Shown here piece after piece: positions 52,522 to 64,000 of a stretch of DNA of 64,000 nt. Source of the stretch: Cyanophora paradoxa CCMP329 (Eukaryota; Plantae; Glaucophyta); the NCBI GenBank assembly GCA_004431415.1, contig QPMI01000534.1, positions 1 to 64,000 of the forward strand, read 5' to 3'. A model generated the notes under the pieces. The model made no database searches, was not told the origin of the DNA, and was given only the letters and a program-made list of their open reading frames with translations. The translations under genes and the position numbers were made by a program. Within the stretch, counting starts at the first letter, position 1. Each line of letters starts with the position of its first letter.

Positions 52522-54311
52522 ACTCCCGCCGTCTCCCGGAGTCCGAATTCCGGACTCCGGGAGGCGGCGGGAGCTACAAGCCTACAACTAGTAAGGTACT
52601 ACGGTAGTAGTAACTTACTGTACTAGTAAGTTACTCGCTCAGAATTGAGACCAGAGGCTGACTATTAGCTAGTACTTACTGTAAACGTACTAATATCCGC
52701 CAGCACTTTATTTCGCCAAAACTCGAAAATCCTATATGCGCCTGTCGAAAATTAGTCCGCCAACGTCTTGATTTCACCACCCCGAGACCCTCGCCAATGA
52801 GTCGCCAATGACTCGCCATAGACCGTGATGATAGACGGGACAGCCGCTTGTACCCCATTTTCCATACAAAGGCTCAATTCGCCAGCATCAAATATTCGCC
52901 AGCGCGAGGGTCTGTCGAATATAGTCGAAATTAAACGCTGGCGGATATTTGTACGTTTACAGTAACTGGCAGTGTCTGGCACTAACTGCTACTCTGCTAG
53001 TAATCCGGATCCCTGATTCCCTGGACCCTGGGCCCAGCTGGGCGGGAGGCTGGGCCGGCCCCGGCCCCCGGCCGGGGCCCGGGTGCCAGGGGCGGCGGGT
53101 GGGCCCTGGCTAAATGAGCGATATACTGCCGATAGTTTGCAGTGTAACTTTGCACACATGCCCCAAGAGCTCGAGGGTCGAGAGTCGAGACCGTTTCCGA
53201 CGTTCCGATCCCGCACCAGGCCATTGGTCGAGGCCACCCAGACAAATCCATGCAACTTGGAGTTTTCTGTTCGTGCGAGTTGCATCAACTTGCATGTATT
53301 GGTTGAGAGCACCGCCAATGAAAATTGGGCCGGGAAGAGCAATCGAGCATGAACTAGCGACTTGTCAAAGTTGTCAGCCCGTGAGTCCGTGACAGCCCCA
53401 TCCAATTGCATCCATATATATGCATCGATAAATCATCCAATTGCAAAAAGACGAGCCTCAGAGATTGTTTTGTTGTCTTTAATATCACTACCTACGGGGG
53501 GTTCGCCCCACCGTAGTCTCTCAAAAAAAAAAGAGATTGTTTTCGGAATTTGGAAAATCCGGATTGAAAATAAACGCAATCGTGCTGTTATTAGCACTCA
53601 GAAGAGCACGTGCTCCGTTAAAAAAAAAGTTATAATTATATTCAGCCAAGTAGAGTCTAACGTTAACTTTTTAGTAAGTTAACGTTGACTACTAGTACTA
53701 CTACTACTGTACTAGTAGTCCGACGGTCGTAGACTCGTAGTGGTACCGTTACTACCGACGTCTACCGTAGTGCTATTACTAGTAAGTTACTACTACCCTA
53801 ACTAATGTCGTATCTTAGACTCGTATGAGTGTGATTCGTATCGGCCTTTGGTACCCGGTAGACTCGGCGGTAGTATTCCGTCTACCGTCGACGTGCAGTC
53901 ACGTCGACTCACGTGCAGACTGTACCGGTACACGTGCAGTCTCGCGATCGGTCCAGTCACTCCACTGGCCAGTCATGATCACGAGTCCAGTGACTCCAGT
54001 ATCGGACAGACTGACTCTCAGTGACGCTACATGTACAGATAAGGATACATGTACAGTCTGACGCTGACCGTGACTGACAGTCAATGTGACTCACTGATGA
54101 TGATTCATGACAGACTGATGCAAAAATTGCAGCAAAATTCGGATCCGGAATCCGGATGTGCACCCGCGGGATTCGGCGGCTTCGGTCGCGAGTCCGCGGC
54201 CGGCGGCTCCGGCGGCGTCTGGCCGCTCCGGCGGGACTCCCGGGTCCGGGCCGGGTCCGGGTCCTCCGGGACTCCCGGCCGCGGACCGGGACTCCGGGAG
54301 ACGGCGGGAGT
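52522..54311. mobile_element. Possible TIR element bounded by 23-bp inverted repeats resembling Stowaway/Tc1-mariner ends
   Basis: ACTCCCGCCGTCTCCCGGAGTCC (52522-52544) is the exact reverse complement of 54289-54311. A third, one-mismatch right end lies at 52552-52573. No clean TSD. Confidence 0.5.
52677..52964. mobile_element. MITE (~288 bp) with TA ends, Tc1/mariner-like
   Basis: 28-bp inverted termini TACTGTAAACGTAC(T/A)AATATCCGCCAGC with one mismatch; repeated internal TCGCCA motifs; non-coding. Confidence 0.88.
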
Positions 54312-55670
54312 GTCCCGCAGTGCGCACGCCCCCATTGCCCCGCACGCGGGAGTAGTGCAACTTGGCCCTCAACTTGCCAAGTTGCAATTACCATCTTGGC
54401 AATTTGGCATGCGCAAGTTCGGAATCATCGTAACCAGTCCCGCGCGCGCGCCCACCCCTTGATCAACTCCTCCATCCTTAATGAGTCACGAGCCCTGCAA
54501 GCGTACTACGGTAATGTCCCGCAGTCCGCCGCCCGCCCTTGTCGCCGCTCCGCCCGTCCCTCCTCCCTTCGAATTCCCCCTTCGCCCCCTACCTCCTCCT
54601 CACCTACGCCCCAGGACACCGATTAAGTATAATCCGTGCCCTGTCGACGTCTTGTCGAGGTGAAGGTGGTGGCATAAGGAAGAGAGGAAGAAGGAGAGGG
54701 AGTGAGGGCAGCACTGCGGCAGCTGCAGGGGGGAGGGGGGAGGGGGGGGGCGGGTGGCAGCGGATACGGGGCGGGGTGGGGAGATCGAGGCGCGGGGATG
54801 ACAGAGTGGAGGGAGCGCGGGCAATTGCAAATAAAGCGAAAGACGGGGAGAGTTACAGCGAGGCGTGCGGCGAGCGGTCGGGCGGGGTCAGGAGGCGGGC
54901 CGGCGGGGGACTCCGGATCCGGGATCGGCCGACGCCGGATCCGGAGGGGCGGCCGAAGCCTGGCCATTGGGGATGATCGAAGTCAGGGGGGTGCCCGAAG
55001 CCGGGGTTGTGGCCGAAGCCGTGTGGTCTGCCGAGATCGGGGGGGCGGCCGAGGCGGGGGGGACGGCCGAGGGGCGGGGAGGGTCAGGATCGAGGGAGGG
55101 AGCGACTCAGTGACTCAGTGACGGTACTATATACGTATACGTACGAACGGTACCAGTACCGTAGCACTAAATTCGTACGAACGGTACCAGTATTATAATA
55201 TATATAGAACTCTGCTCCGTCACGCGTTGCAATTGTACGTTCATCGTCAACGTTAACTTGCAACTTTTCATGCAGTTGAATTTTTGCAAATCGACGTCGC
55301 CTGCAGCTGACTCAGCGACGTCGACTGGCCTGGTCTATCAGTGAATTAAATGGGGCCCGGGGGGCCGCGGGTGCGGGAGGGCTCGCCGGCCGCGGCGCCC
55401 CCCTGCTTGTGTATATATATAATATACATATATCGATCAAGAGGGAAATCGATCTAAATCGATCCGGATCCGATTGAAAGAGCTACATATATATAAATCG
55501 AGGGGGAATTCGAATACATAATCAGAGGGAAGTCGAAGATAGGGGATCCGAAAATCGCGTACGCGTCAACAAGAACCGCAGCCGCCGCAGTGATCCGGCC
55601 GCAGCTGCAGGAGCACGGAACTTTACGCGCTCTAGTACCCGAATTCGAAGATCGTCGGCGCGTGATCAAG

Positions 55671-58600
55671 ATGCTGGAGGGTAAGCCCGCTGAATGCACG
55701 CGAGACGCGCGCACTTGGCCCGCGGTCGGCGGCGTTTAATTTAGTTATCTCGCTTCGATGTAATTTCATGCTCAACATTCTAGATCCGCGCTTGAGCTTG
55801 CTTCGACGCGCGCGCGCTTGCGCTGCCATATACATACGCCTTCGTACGCGTGCATGCGCACGTGACGTCCGAAGCGTCATAGGCGCGGTCCTCGCTCCTT
55901 CTTGACCGCCAGCGGCTCCGCAGATTATGCGTCAGGCCGCGTCGGCGGTGGCTTCGGCACCGTCGCCCCTGCCCTGAAAATCGCGCGGAAGTCCGTTCAG
56001 GACATCCTCGAAGACATCAGGGTGCGTCGACGTTGGAATGCGCGCAATTTGTTAGAGCAGCGGAAGCAGCGCGCACACGACTCTCCCCACGCAGGCACCT
56101 GGCCCTCTGCAGCGCTCTCGTCAAGTGCGCGCGCGCGCGCCTTGACGTGAACGCTTTCGCTTTAATTTGCGCAGAAGCTCTAGCGTTCGAATCTTCTAGA
56201 TCTTTTTTGTTTACCAATACGCCGGGCGTGCGCAGCTGTTTCTCCCCGCTGTGCCAACTGGTGCGTGCGGATGCAGATGCCAACTACATATAGCCATATA
56301 TAGCTGCTCACTTGAAGGCAGCGCTGACTACAATCGAACCGCAGTGGCCCGCGGCGTTTTCTCCTACAAAGTGGGTGGAAAGACGACGGCCCTCGGCTCT
56401 TGCGGTGCGAATATTAATCGAAATCGATCATCCGATATATGTATACATACATGTACATATCTGATTGATTTCGGTCCTTGATTGACCCGGTCGAACTCGA
56501 AAATTGCAGAGAGGATTGCAGCCCTGTACCCGAATCTCTACGGAGCACCAGAGGTTGAGATCACGATGCACGAAGGCGCGGCGAAGCAGCTCCCCCCGGG
56601 GCCCTTGCGCGATCGCTTTCTATTGCGAATCCAGCGCCGACGCCGGCGCCGCATCGGCTGATCCTCGCGCGGGCATCGCCCCCCGCAGGCGACACGCCGG
56701 TGGAGGTCGGCGACTTGGCGCGCGTCGGCATCCTCTTCGAAGGGGGGCCCGCCCCGGGCACCCTCACCCTCGTCGCCGGGCTCTAGTGAGGACCTCCCAG
56801 CCCTGACACGGCCCGGCCCCTGGCCTATCTATCTCTAAGCCTGCGGCCCTCGCTTTTCATCGCCCTTCAGCCTGCTCACAGTCGAGCCCGTGCGTCGACG
56901 TCGCGATCGCGCGCAGCGACTTCCTCCTCTCCCGCAACGCCCTCTCGACGCTCGTCGCCTTCGAGAACGGCAGCTCCGGTGCGGTTTGCCTTGCCTCGCC
57001 TCGCCTCGCCTTGCCTTGCCTTCACAATATCGTGCGCGAGTGCAGGTCTCGTGGACGGGCGCTACCGCCCCGTGGATTACCCCGCGGTGCTTTTTGATAA
57101 AATTAGATCTATATTACCTCTAAATCTCTCCCGTCATGGAGTGAGCCCCGCCCGACGTCGACAGGTCCAGGCGTCGCGCAACATCGCCGGAATGGGTGTC
57201 TTCTCCACGGGGCGCGCAAAAGTGCGCGCTACAAAATAGTCGTATACCGTAACTTATATATATAATCATAAAACTGGACTCGCGGGGCGGTCTCGTCGGC
57301 CGGGTGTTCCAGTAATAGAATGAGTTGTAGAATGCGGACTATATATATATATTTTCTAATTACATAATCCCTCTGAGTATGCGAGCGCAGCTCGAGGGGG
57401 CAGACAAGCTCGAGAAGGCCCGCGCTACGTGCGAGCGCCTCGGGCTCACGGGTGCGCGCCGTGCAATGAAATTTCGCGATACAATTTCGCGATAATCTTC
57501 TCGATTTCGAATTCGGTCGACGTCCCAGGCCTCGTTCTGGTCGGGGGGGACGAGGCGGCCACCAACGCTGCCGCCCTCGCGCAGGCGAGTACGCCCCCGC
57601 TGCCGAATTCCGTTATCCGTTATCGGGTCCCGTGCATACTGTCGCCTCCCCCCCTACCTTCACCCCCGTCCCCCTCCCCCTCCCCCGCTCCTCTTCCCCC
57701 CCCCCCCCCCCCACCTCCCCTCCCCGCCCTGGCCTCCCCGCCCCTCCCCCCTCCTCGTCCTTCCCCCACCCTTTTAAATTTTGCGAACGATGGCGATATC
57801 TGTTTTCGCGGCTCACCGCACGCCTTGTCGCGTTTTGTGCAGCACTTCGCGGCCGGCGGCTGCCCGACCAAAGTCGTCGCTATTCCCAAGAGTGACCCCG
57901 CTTCTGCTCAGTCATATTCTGCTTCAATTCCGTCTCACGCGCTTCGAATACAATGCACAGCCATCGACGGCGACCTTCAGGGCGGCCCCCTCGAGGTTCG
58001 TCAGCGCTCGATCTGGCGTTCCCGAAAATTAATGAGGCCTCAATTATAGTCTGACGTTCTAATAAAGCCCTACATATATATTGGGGTGCCTTATGCTTCT
58101 AAGCCTTATAAGCTCAGCCTTGATTGCCTTCAACTCAAAAGTCCTCTAGATCTAAGCTTGTAATTAGCTTTGATTGCCTCGAATTATGCGCCTGGCGCAG
58201 GTGACGTTCGGGTTCGACACGGCGACGCGCGTCTACTCGTCCCTCATCGGAAACCTCGCCGCCGACGCCTACTCCGCCAAGAAGGTGCCCCCCGGCTTCG
58301 TTAAGTTGGAGGCCTCGAAATGGGCCCCGGCCCGCGCCGAGTCACAGAGAGTTTCTTAAGCTTGCTGTGACCGTGGGCTTCTCCAGATGTACCACTTCGT
58401 TCGGCTGATGGGGTGAGCCCCTCCAGACTTTGCTGGAGCTCGTAATTATAATATATTTACGCGCCGCGCGCGGGGCTGACGCGACGACCCCCGCTAAGGC
58501 GGGGCGCCTCACACGTCACACTGGAGTGCGCGCTTCAGGTCCGCCCGGCCCGGCCCGGCCCCGCGGCCCTCTACTAAGAGCGCGAGCGCGAGGGCGCCGG

Positions 58601-61600
58601 CCCGCTGATATCGATGTTATTCTATATGAATAAATATTGATGTTACTACATTATAACATCCGATCTGCCTCTGAATCGATATCGAACGCCGACGCGGACA
58701 GACGCACCCGTGCTGCGCGCTCATCGCGGAGGAGGTCGAGGCCAAGGCTATGACCCTGGACCGGGTGCGAGCTCGAGCTCGCGGCTCCAGAAGCTCGAGC
58801 ACTGGCTCGAGCATCAAGCCGGGCTCGCTGACGGGACGGGGCGGCAGGTGACGCAGGAGATCGCCGACGTGATCGAGGAGCGCGCCGCGCGCGGCATGCA
58901 GGCGCGCCCGCGACACCCCCGCGCCCGGCCCCGCTGCTTCCTCTGCTCGCATCGCCGCTACCGCTGCCTCGGGCCTCTGAGGTCTTCCGGGCCTGAGAAG
59001 CGCGGCCGCGCATGCGCAGTACGGGGTGATCGTGATGCCTGAGGCCGTCATCCAGTACATGCCCGAGTGCGCGAAATTCTTCGAATTCGGCCGCACGTGA
59101 ACGCCACTATAACGCCATTATATCTCCTGGATCTCGATATAAATTCTTTCCTGGATATATACACACCAAATCCGGCCGTCTGCCACGCGCGAAATTCCAG
59201 TGCGCTTCGGCCCAAATCCGGCCCGAGTGCGCTTCAAAAGGCTTGCGCGAAATTCCAATGCTGCGCTACCGCCACTTAAGCACGAGGGACACATAATTAA
59301 TATTATAAATAACAATAAATAACTTTTTGCAATCCCCTTTTGCGGATATCAATCGCGGAAGCGAGCCTTTCGCCGCTCTCGCTCTCGAAATTCTTCGGCT
59401 GCACGTCAACGCCCTAAAAGCGCCATTGTATCTCTCGCGAAACTCTTTCCTGGATAATAAACATATCCCGATCCCGGAGCTCGAGATTAGACCTGATCTT
59501 CTGCCACGCGCGCGCGCTTTTACTTTCGCAGTATGGCGGCGCTCCTCCGGGCCATTGGCGACGTCTTCGGTGCCGGTGCGCTTCTTAGAATTCGAATGAG
59601 AGGCCCTTCGAATTCGGACTCTGAATTCGGCCGGTGCAGGCGAGGCGGCGCCGGCGCTCTCGCCGCGCAGCCTGGCGGCCGGCCCCGGGCAGGGCAGCCG
59701 CGCCATGCGCCGCCGCGGCAGCGACCCGGACGGGTGCGACCCGCGGTCCCCCCTTTCTAGATCTGGAGCCCAAACAAACGCGTAATTCTCGCTCTTTTTA
59801 ACTTCCTCCTCTGCGCCCAGGCGGGACGCGGCGGCGGACGCGCTGGCGGCGCGGCTGCCGCCCGACCTGCTCCACACCTTCCACGCCGTCCTCCCCGACT
59901 TCGTGGTCCTCCGCCCCGCCCCGCCCCCCGCGCGCACCCCGCGAGAGCGATCGCGAGAGCGTCGTCCGCGTGTATCTATCCCAACTATCTCACTCGCTCG
60001 CTAGACATCGCTGGCCCGGCTCTAGATTTAGAAATGCTCGCGAAAACTTTGCATCCACCTCGAGCTCGCTTCTGCGAAATACGGCGAAGCTGCCGAATGA
60101 ACCCCGCGATCTTTTCTGATGCGTCGAATTCGCGCAGCGGGCGCAGCTGGTGGACCCGAGCATCCTGGACGCCCACGGCGAGATCCGGGTCCGCCCCACG
60201 ATCCAATCCCTGATCTAGAGGCCGGCGCCGCCTTCGAATTTCTTTGGGTTAACGTCGATTCGCGCTGGCGCTCACGATCGCGCTCGCGCTCGGCAGGTCA
60301 GCCGCATCGACAGCGACCGGCTCCTCATCCACACGGTACAACCGCCGCCCGGCCGGCGGCCGGGCCCGTGGGCGCTGAGGCGCCGGTACCGGTGTCCCGG
60401 CAGGTGGGGCGGGAGCTGGAGCGCCGCAAGAAGGCCGGCACTTACAAGGGCGACTTCCAGGCGGTGCGTGCGCGTGCTTATGTAAATTATGTTAGATTAG
60501 AACAGATTCTTTCCTTCCCTCGCTTTTATTTCCCTCCCTCCGTTTACTTGCAACCTCTCCGGTGCCGGGCGCCCCCCCGCGTCTCCGCGCCCCGCCCCGC
60601 CCCGCCCCGCCCCGCCCCGCCCCGCGCACTGCCTCCCTCGAATTCCAGCGCCCCCCGGGGCCGCGCGGCCTCCAGGCGCGGCCGACCGCGACCTCGAGTT
60701 CCGACCGCGTGCGCACGCGCAGACGCCCCACTTCCTGGGCTACGAGGGCCGCTGCGGTCCGCCCGCCCCCGGACCGCCTCCCCCGATTGTGATTCGGATC
60801 GTATTTGTGATTCGTTTGGGTCGCCCGGGCCGGGCCGCAGGGATGCCGTCCAACTTCGACGCGGACCTCTGCTACTCCCTCGCCTTCGCCGCGGGGGCCC
60901 TCCTCGAGGGAAACTTCTCCGGCCCGCCCCGCCCCGCCCCGCCCAGCCCTCCCGATCCCACCCTCGAGCTTTACCGGACCCTTCTCACCGCATTTCGCGG
61001 GCGGCTCGCAGGCGTCATGGCGACGGTGCGCGAGCGCGAAATCGCACGCCGCCCTCGGCCCCTCACTAGTTCTCACTCGGGCCTCGGCCTCGGGATCGGC
61101 CGCGCGCAGGTGCGGAACGTGGCGGCCGGAGTGGACGACTGGCGCCTCGGCGCCGTGCGCACCCGCCCGCCCCGCCGCCGCCTCGCCACGCGATCCATCG
61201 CCAAGGCCCCCGGGCCGGGGCGCGCACGTGCGCAGGTGCCGCTGACGTCGATGCTGGGGTTCGAGCACCGCCGCGGCCGCGACGTCCCCGCCATCCGGTG
61301 CGCCCCGGCTCTCGATCTAGCCTAGTAGATGCAGATTTAGATAGACATAAATTTCTGTTTATAATTCATATTAATAATTAGACTTGGGCGGCTCCAGGCC
61401 TGCTTCCTCGAGCACTCGCCATTTTCGCGCCACCTATTCCCTAGCACCGTTTTCGCGCCCCGTGCAACTTGCGCACACGCAGAGCTCGCGATCTGCGAAT
61501 AAGCTCGGCTTTATAGCTCGCTATAGAGCTCGCGGCCCGGCGCGATGTCGCGGCTGGATTCGAATTCGCGGCGCAGGAAGTCGGTGGTGGAGCTCGCGGG

Positions 61601-61861
61601 CCCCGCCTTCCGCGCCTTCGCCGCCCGCCGCGCCGCCTGGCGCCACGCCGAGGGCCTCCGCGACCCCGGTCCGCTTTCCCGCCGCGCCCCGCGGCTTTTT
61701 CGCGGCGTTTCGCTGCTTTTTCGCGGCGACGTCTGATGGCGCTTCGGATTGTTCGGGCAGGGGCGATCCAGTACTCGGGCCCGGCGGCGGAGTCGCCGAA
61801 CCTCAGCCTGCGCCTCCTGCACCCGCCCAAGGACGGCGGCGAGGCGCAGGCGCAGGCGTAG
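55671..61861 (+). CDS. Pyrophosphate-dependent phosphofructokinase (PFP, long-clade)-like protein, ~30 exons
   Basis: IAALYPNLYG, VGILFEGGPAPG, GLVLVGGDEAATNAA, IPK/TIDGDL, TFGFDTA, YHFVRLMG/RGASHVTLECALQ/THP, HFLGYEGRC/GMPSNFDA, VPLTSM, and GAIQYSGP...TAG at 61859-61861. The start ATG at 55671 is inferred. Confidence 0.9.
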
Positions 61862-62456
61862 AGGCTGGCGCTGGCGCTGGCGTAATGAAGAGCCCGAGTG
61901 CGCAGCCCGGGACCGATCGCGACTCTGCCTTATCGATATATATCGGGAAAAACCATGAACAGAACGGAAATTCGTCCATAGGTAGCGATTTCGCCTTACT
62001 TAGGGGTCCAGGCCTAGCCTAGTAGGGTGACGCTTCTTCTATATATATATTTGCTATAGATGTCGCAGTGCTTCTTAAGCTTGTCGACGTCTAGATCTGT
62101 GCAGTGCGAATTCAACTGTAAATATATATATGTGCGCTTGCCGCAGTGCTGGGGCATCTTGATCATCGGATCGTACGCGTGATTAGATCATCATATGCAT
62201 GGGACCCGGGAGTAAATTTACGGCGAAGGCGTCGACTACGTATACGCTCCTCGCAATCGCGCGTGGTTATGGAGTTCGAGCGAGCCGGAAACTAGTTTTC
62301 ATTCTCCTCCTCTGTCTAGTTCTCCTCTCGTCTCGAGCTCGAGCTCCCCTCCGATTCGAAATTCTAGATCTCCTCTTCGCGAGCTCCCCCTCCGTTGCAT
62401 CTGCACCTGCACCTGCATGCGCGTTTTTAAATATAAGCATGCATGCATACGCAGCC

Positions 62457-64000
62457 ATGGTCGAGCATCCCACCCTCGTCGACGTCGTGCCGGACGCCAT
62501 TCTGCTTCGCATCTTCGATCTCGTGCTCGACGCCGAGAGCCCGCCCGGACCCTTCACGCCCATCTCTGCGGTAATCGCCGCTCATTGAATTAAAGAGCAC
62601 TCAATGGCGCGAATTGAGCTTATCGCTGAAATGGGCGCGCGGGTTTCGCACGCGAATTCGAAGGTTTGCAGGCGATTTCGCGCCCTGCAGGGCGGGCACC
62701 GCAGAACGCTTGAAGTCTCGGAGGGGGCGATCGTCGCTTATTCTTCCCTGGCTCGGGCCTGCGCGCGGATGCCGAATCTGGAGCGCATCAGCCTCGTCGA
62801 CGGGTGCGCGCGCGATTTTCAGATCTAGACCTGCGCGTGATGCATTGGGTGTGAATTGGAAAATCATGCGCAGCTTGATTCTCAAAGGTTCGTGGCTCCG
62901 TATCTTGCTTGACTTCACCGCATGCGCACCTCATGATCACTCGCGATCGGCTCGCTTATATTACCGCGCGCTGATCACATGAAGATCAAGATTTCGATGA
63001 GCCGCCCTCGAGCTCCGAATATCCGCCGCCGTTCGCGTTCTCTCCTTACTCGGCCGCGGGCTCGACATCTGCAGCCGCCTCTAGCTCAGCCACAGCATCC
63101 GGCCACGAATACGCTGGTGCAATTTTATGCCTTGGGGGTCCGATCGCGATATTATGTGCGATGCTGATATATTCTAGATACCGGCAGTTCCGCCATCGGG
63201 ATCTCCCCTTGGCTGAGATGGCTCCGCGATGCAGTTGGGCGGCTTTTTGTCCGCAGCAGCGCTAGCTGCAGCGGAGTTGCAGACATACAGCAGCAGGCGC
63301 CGGCGCCCCTGCTGAAGGCTCTGACGGTAAGCGGATACACGCTCAGGCATTTCTTGGAGTCAGAGTACGGCGGATCGTGTACGATGACGAGCGCGGAAGA
63401 AGCCATCGTTCGATCCCGGTTGGAGGCATCGAAGCTGTGGACAAGCAAGTGCACCAACGCATCCCAGTATCCAAAGGTAGCTAGCTCAATATATGTAGCT
63501 GTATGCAACTATTCGAAGCACCGATTCGAATTTCTTCCTTACGATTGAGTTACTCTGGCTAGCTGAATTTAATTCGAATTCGAAACACATATATACATGC
63601 GTACGCGTAGATATCGCTATCGCTAATTATATAATCGAACACCGCTTGATATCGATCGCGATTATCGCAGATCCCCATCTTCTTCGCTTTGGCGCCTCTG
63701 CCCATCCGCCTCGACGTGCTCGAAGAGCTTCGACTGGTGCGCACTAGAGCAGCTGTGTAGCAATTCGTCATCTCAGAGTCTGACCTCTCTTGCAATTTAT
63801 TTCTTTTGTACCAGATCAACATAAATAACTGGGACTTTCTCGAGAGGTTCGAAGTCCCGTTCCTCGGGGGCCTCGTCCTGCCGCAGTGCGCGTCGCTGCG
63901 GACGCTGGAGGTCTCGGGGAAGGACTTGAGCAACAAGGCCATGTTCTCCCTCGCTGTATCTTTCAGCGGCCACCTGGCAGAGACCGTGCGGCGCCGCCGC
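62457..64000 (+). CDS. F-box / LRR-like protein, truncated by the window end
   Basis: MVEHPTLVDVVPDAILLRIFDLV...ISA/VCRRFRAL (F-box-like), then MPNLERISL, LDVLEELRL and CASLRTLEVS in later exons. Confidence 0.65.

Noticed and set aside
53104-53652. Possible element with C(C/T)TGGCT(A/G)AAT inverted ends
   Set aside because: Short imperfect match with no TSD; cannot be told from chance without other genomic copies.

Overview
This is eukaryotic nuclear DNA, GC-rich and packed with short introns, so the ORF track is mostly misleading. All gene models below were assembled by hand from GT/GC-AG junctions. A nuclear, intron-containing murA and three plastid transit peptides with an early Phe (MAAFV, MASFV, MATAGF) point to a glaucophyte alga, Cyanophora-like (inference). 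Positions 1 to ~15.5 kb are a ~480-bp tandem satellite, followed by a 3.7-kb non-autonomous hAT-like element with an 8-bp TSD. The gene block then contains: a Moco-sulfurase-like PLP enzyme, an Ada-type metal-binding protein, a head-to-head F-box/LRR pair, a lumenal FKBP plus a partial duplicate, an ankyrin/SUMO-like fusion, a CbbY-like HAD phosphatase, murA, a phytochrome-cyclase, a Ser-rich hypothetical protein, a MITE cluster, a divergent PPi-dependent PFK and a third F-box gene running off the end. The standout is a >30-exon gene on the minus strand (~41.2-47.3 kb). It joins a complete PAS-GAF-PHY phytochrome photosensory module directly, through a helical linker, to a class III adenylyl cyclase, making it a candidate natural bilin-based light-switchable adenylyl cyclase. 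A second notable pattern is self-templated palindromic DNA around the transposon insertions whose composition mirrors each element's target site.
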